From a virus, in the IMG/VR virus record IMGVR_UViG_3300025930_000141, positions 1 through 64,000 of that record: a DNA stretch of 64,000 bases; one strand, 5' to 3'. Position 1 is the first letter of the stretch; each line of letters starts with the position of its first letter. The translations under genes were made by a program, and so were the position numbers. The notes beneath the pieces are model-generated. The model did no database searches, had not been told where the DNA came from, and saw only the letters and a list, made by a program, of their open reading frames with translations. Below, in pieces: positions 62,642 through 64,000 of the stretch.

Positions 62642-63354
62642 CAATATCTTTCGGTCTTCTGTACATGTGTTTCTGCCTGCCAATCATAGGTGACTATATC
62701 GGCAAAATGTGGGTGCGGTGCATATCCCGCAGCAAGTCCCATATGTGCTACTTCATAAATCCAACAGTCTACCGGCGTGGTGATGCCGTAGGTGCGGGCT
62801 CGGCGTACGAGCCGTCGTCCACCGGCAGGGCTATATACCAATGATACCATACCATAGCCCTGATAGACCTTGGCCGCGATGTTTCGCTCGTTGACCCGGT
62901 AGTTACTTAACTCGTCTGGAAGGTGATTACCATGCTGATACTGTTTCCAGTTGTGCCAACGGACGTTATAGTGATAGTCGGCACGCTGGTTCTCCGGTAC
63001 CCATAAAGCAGCAAAGTCCCAGTCGGGCGGTAGTTCGTCCAAGAACATGTCTAACTTGTCCTTGAACGTGTAGTCGATTACCGCGTCGTCCTCAAACACA
63101 ATTAGTGGCTCATCCAGTTCGCCCGCCAGTTCCCAGCGGTCAAAGTTGGAAAGCCACACTCCCAGTTCACCTCGCTTGGGATTGGTCCATATGTCTTTTC
63201 GCAAGTACAGGTCGCGCTTGCGGAAGTCGTCTTCGGTAATCTTGTTACCGTCCACTGCGGGCCAGCAGATTTCACCATCAGCCCCGACGTACTTGCGAAT
63301 GTTTCGCTTATATGCCAGTCGTTCGTCGTTCAGGCTGATAATCGTAAACATCAT
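62641..63354 (-). CDS. glycosyltransferase family 25-like
   Basis: IISL..R, AVDG, GELG.WLS...W, IVFEDDA, PVD. Confidence 0.85.
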   Translation of the reverse strand: MMFTIISLNDERLAYKRNIRKYVGADGEICWPAVDGNKITEDDFRKRDLYLRKDIWTNPKRGELGVWLSNFDRWELAGELDEPLIVFEDDAVIDYTFKDKLDMFLDELPPDWDFAALWVPENQRADYHYNVRWHNWKQYQHGNHLPDELSNYRVNERNIAAKVYQGYGMVSLVYSPAGGRRLVRRARTYGITTPVDCWIYEVAHMGLAAGYAPHPHFADIVTYDWQAETHVQKTERY

Positions 63355-63497
63355 CGCGTCAGGCCGTGTTTCTTTAACCACCTGTTAATGGTTGCCTGGT
63401 CGCAACCTGCAATACGAGCAATCTCTTGCTCGGTCATCCTGTCAATCACATACCGCCGATAGCACCAAGCGTATGACGTATAGAGTTTATCCGACAA
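63351..63497 (-). CDS. small HTH DNA-binding protein (not in the ORF track)
   Basis: MSDKLYTSYAWCYRRYVIDRMTEQEIARIAGCDQATINRWLKKHGLTR; ATGA overlap with GT25. Confidence 0.75.
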   Translation of the reverse strand: MSDKLYTSYAWCYRRYVIDRMTEQEIARIAGCDQATINRWLKKHGLTR

Positions 63498-63729
63498 TTG
63501 GCTTAAACTCCGTACATACGTTCTTGCTGTGAGCGTCGGTGTCCCATACTAATGTGCCGCAACCTCGACGGCAACGATAAGCCTGCTGTTCTAGGCTCCA
63601 AACGTATCCTTGGGCTCGCTTGTCAGCACGATTCTTATAAGCCGAATAGTGCGGGTGGTTGTGGCAGTGTTCCTTGTGTCCGGGGAACCCGCCGCAGCAG
63701 GGTTGGTCCCAGTGGTCGTAGTCAGCCAT
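63487..63729 (-). CDS. small Cys/His protein
   Basis: ORF track; overlaps neighbouring genes. Confidence 0.6.
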   Translation of the reverse strand: MADYDHWDQPCCGGFPGHKEHCHNHPHYSAYKNRADKRAQGYVWSLEQQAYRCRRGCGTLVWDTDAHSKNVCTEFKPIVG

Positions 63730-64000
63730 GTTCTATAAGTCCTCGTTTTTCCATTTCATGCTCGATTTCGTTCAGGAACATTTGTGTTTGTTGGACCTTA
63801 CGCTCGTATACGTTCATATTGATTTTGTGCTGCTCCCAGTAATGAGCCAGTGATGCGTCGTCGGCACCCCGAATCATGCTCACCCACGTAGGTTCAGAAG
63901 GGCGGGTCCCACCAGATGTTTGCAATTGGCTTACCTACTTCCTTAGCATATTTGTAAGCATTATACGTGCCGCCGAATTCCTTGTTGGGATTCCAGTAGG

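Noticed and set aside
4847-64000. Plus-strand ORFs in the ORF track beyond 4.8 kb, and ORFs lying over tRNA/Y RNA genes (e.g. 26825, 42440, 46737, 51175)
   Set aside because: They are antisense shadows of well-supported minus-strand genes or overlap structural RNAs, with no recognisable motifs.
1-64000. Prophage / lysogeny module
   Set aside because: No integrase, repressor or host flanking genes in the window; lifestyle cannot be fully settled from a partial genome.

Overview
This window is part of a large lytic actinobacteriophage (~55% GC) organised like Streptomyces BE/BK-type phages. Markers are WhiB, an Lsr2-like protein, SigA-type promoters with leaderless genes, rIIA/rIIB and terminase. 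1-4.3 kb is a + strand block of small early genes punctuated by five copies of a 20-bp palindrome, followed by an AT-rich convergence zone. Everything from 4.85 kb onward is on the - strand: small accessory genes (several paralog families), phosphoesterases, a ClpP-like protease, rIIAB, a PnuC/NadR/PncA NAD module plus a macrodomain, and about 38 tRNA genes covering all 20 amino acids. Also present are a sortase with its LPxAG substrate, a lytic transglycosylase, vWA proteins, Ro60 (TROVE), terminase, dNMP kinase and a glycosyltransferase/epimerase cluster. The most striking system is RNA-based. One Ro60 gene is accompanied by eight Y RNA-like genes interleaved with the tRNAs. They share one Ro-binding scaffold (GRGYCGA..CG(G/U)UUAUC / CG..YAURYYC) but carry different payloads, and one contains a complete circularly permuted tRNA-Gln(UUG). 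Two tRNAs (Ile-GAU, Arg-CCG) have a rewired topology with the D-loop placed after the anticodon arm, five tRNAs have C33, and many other structured ncRNAs of unknown type fill the spacers. All calls are from manual reading; no searches or folding programs were run.
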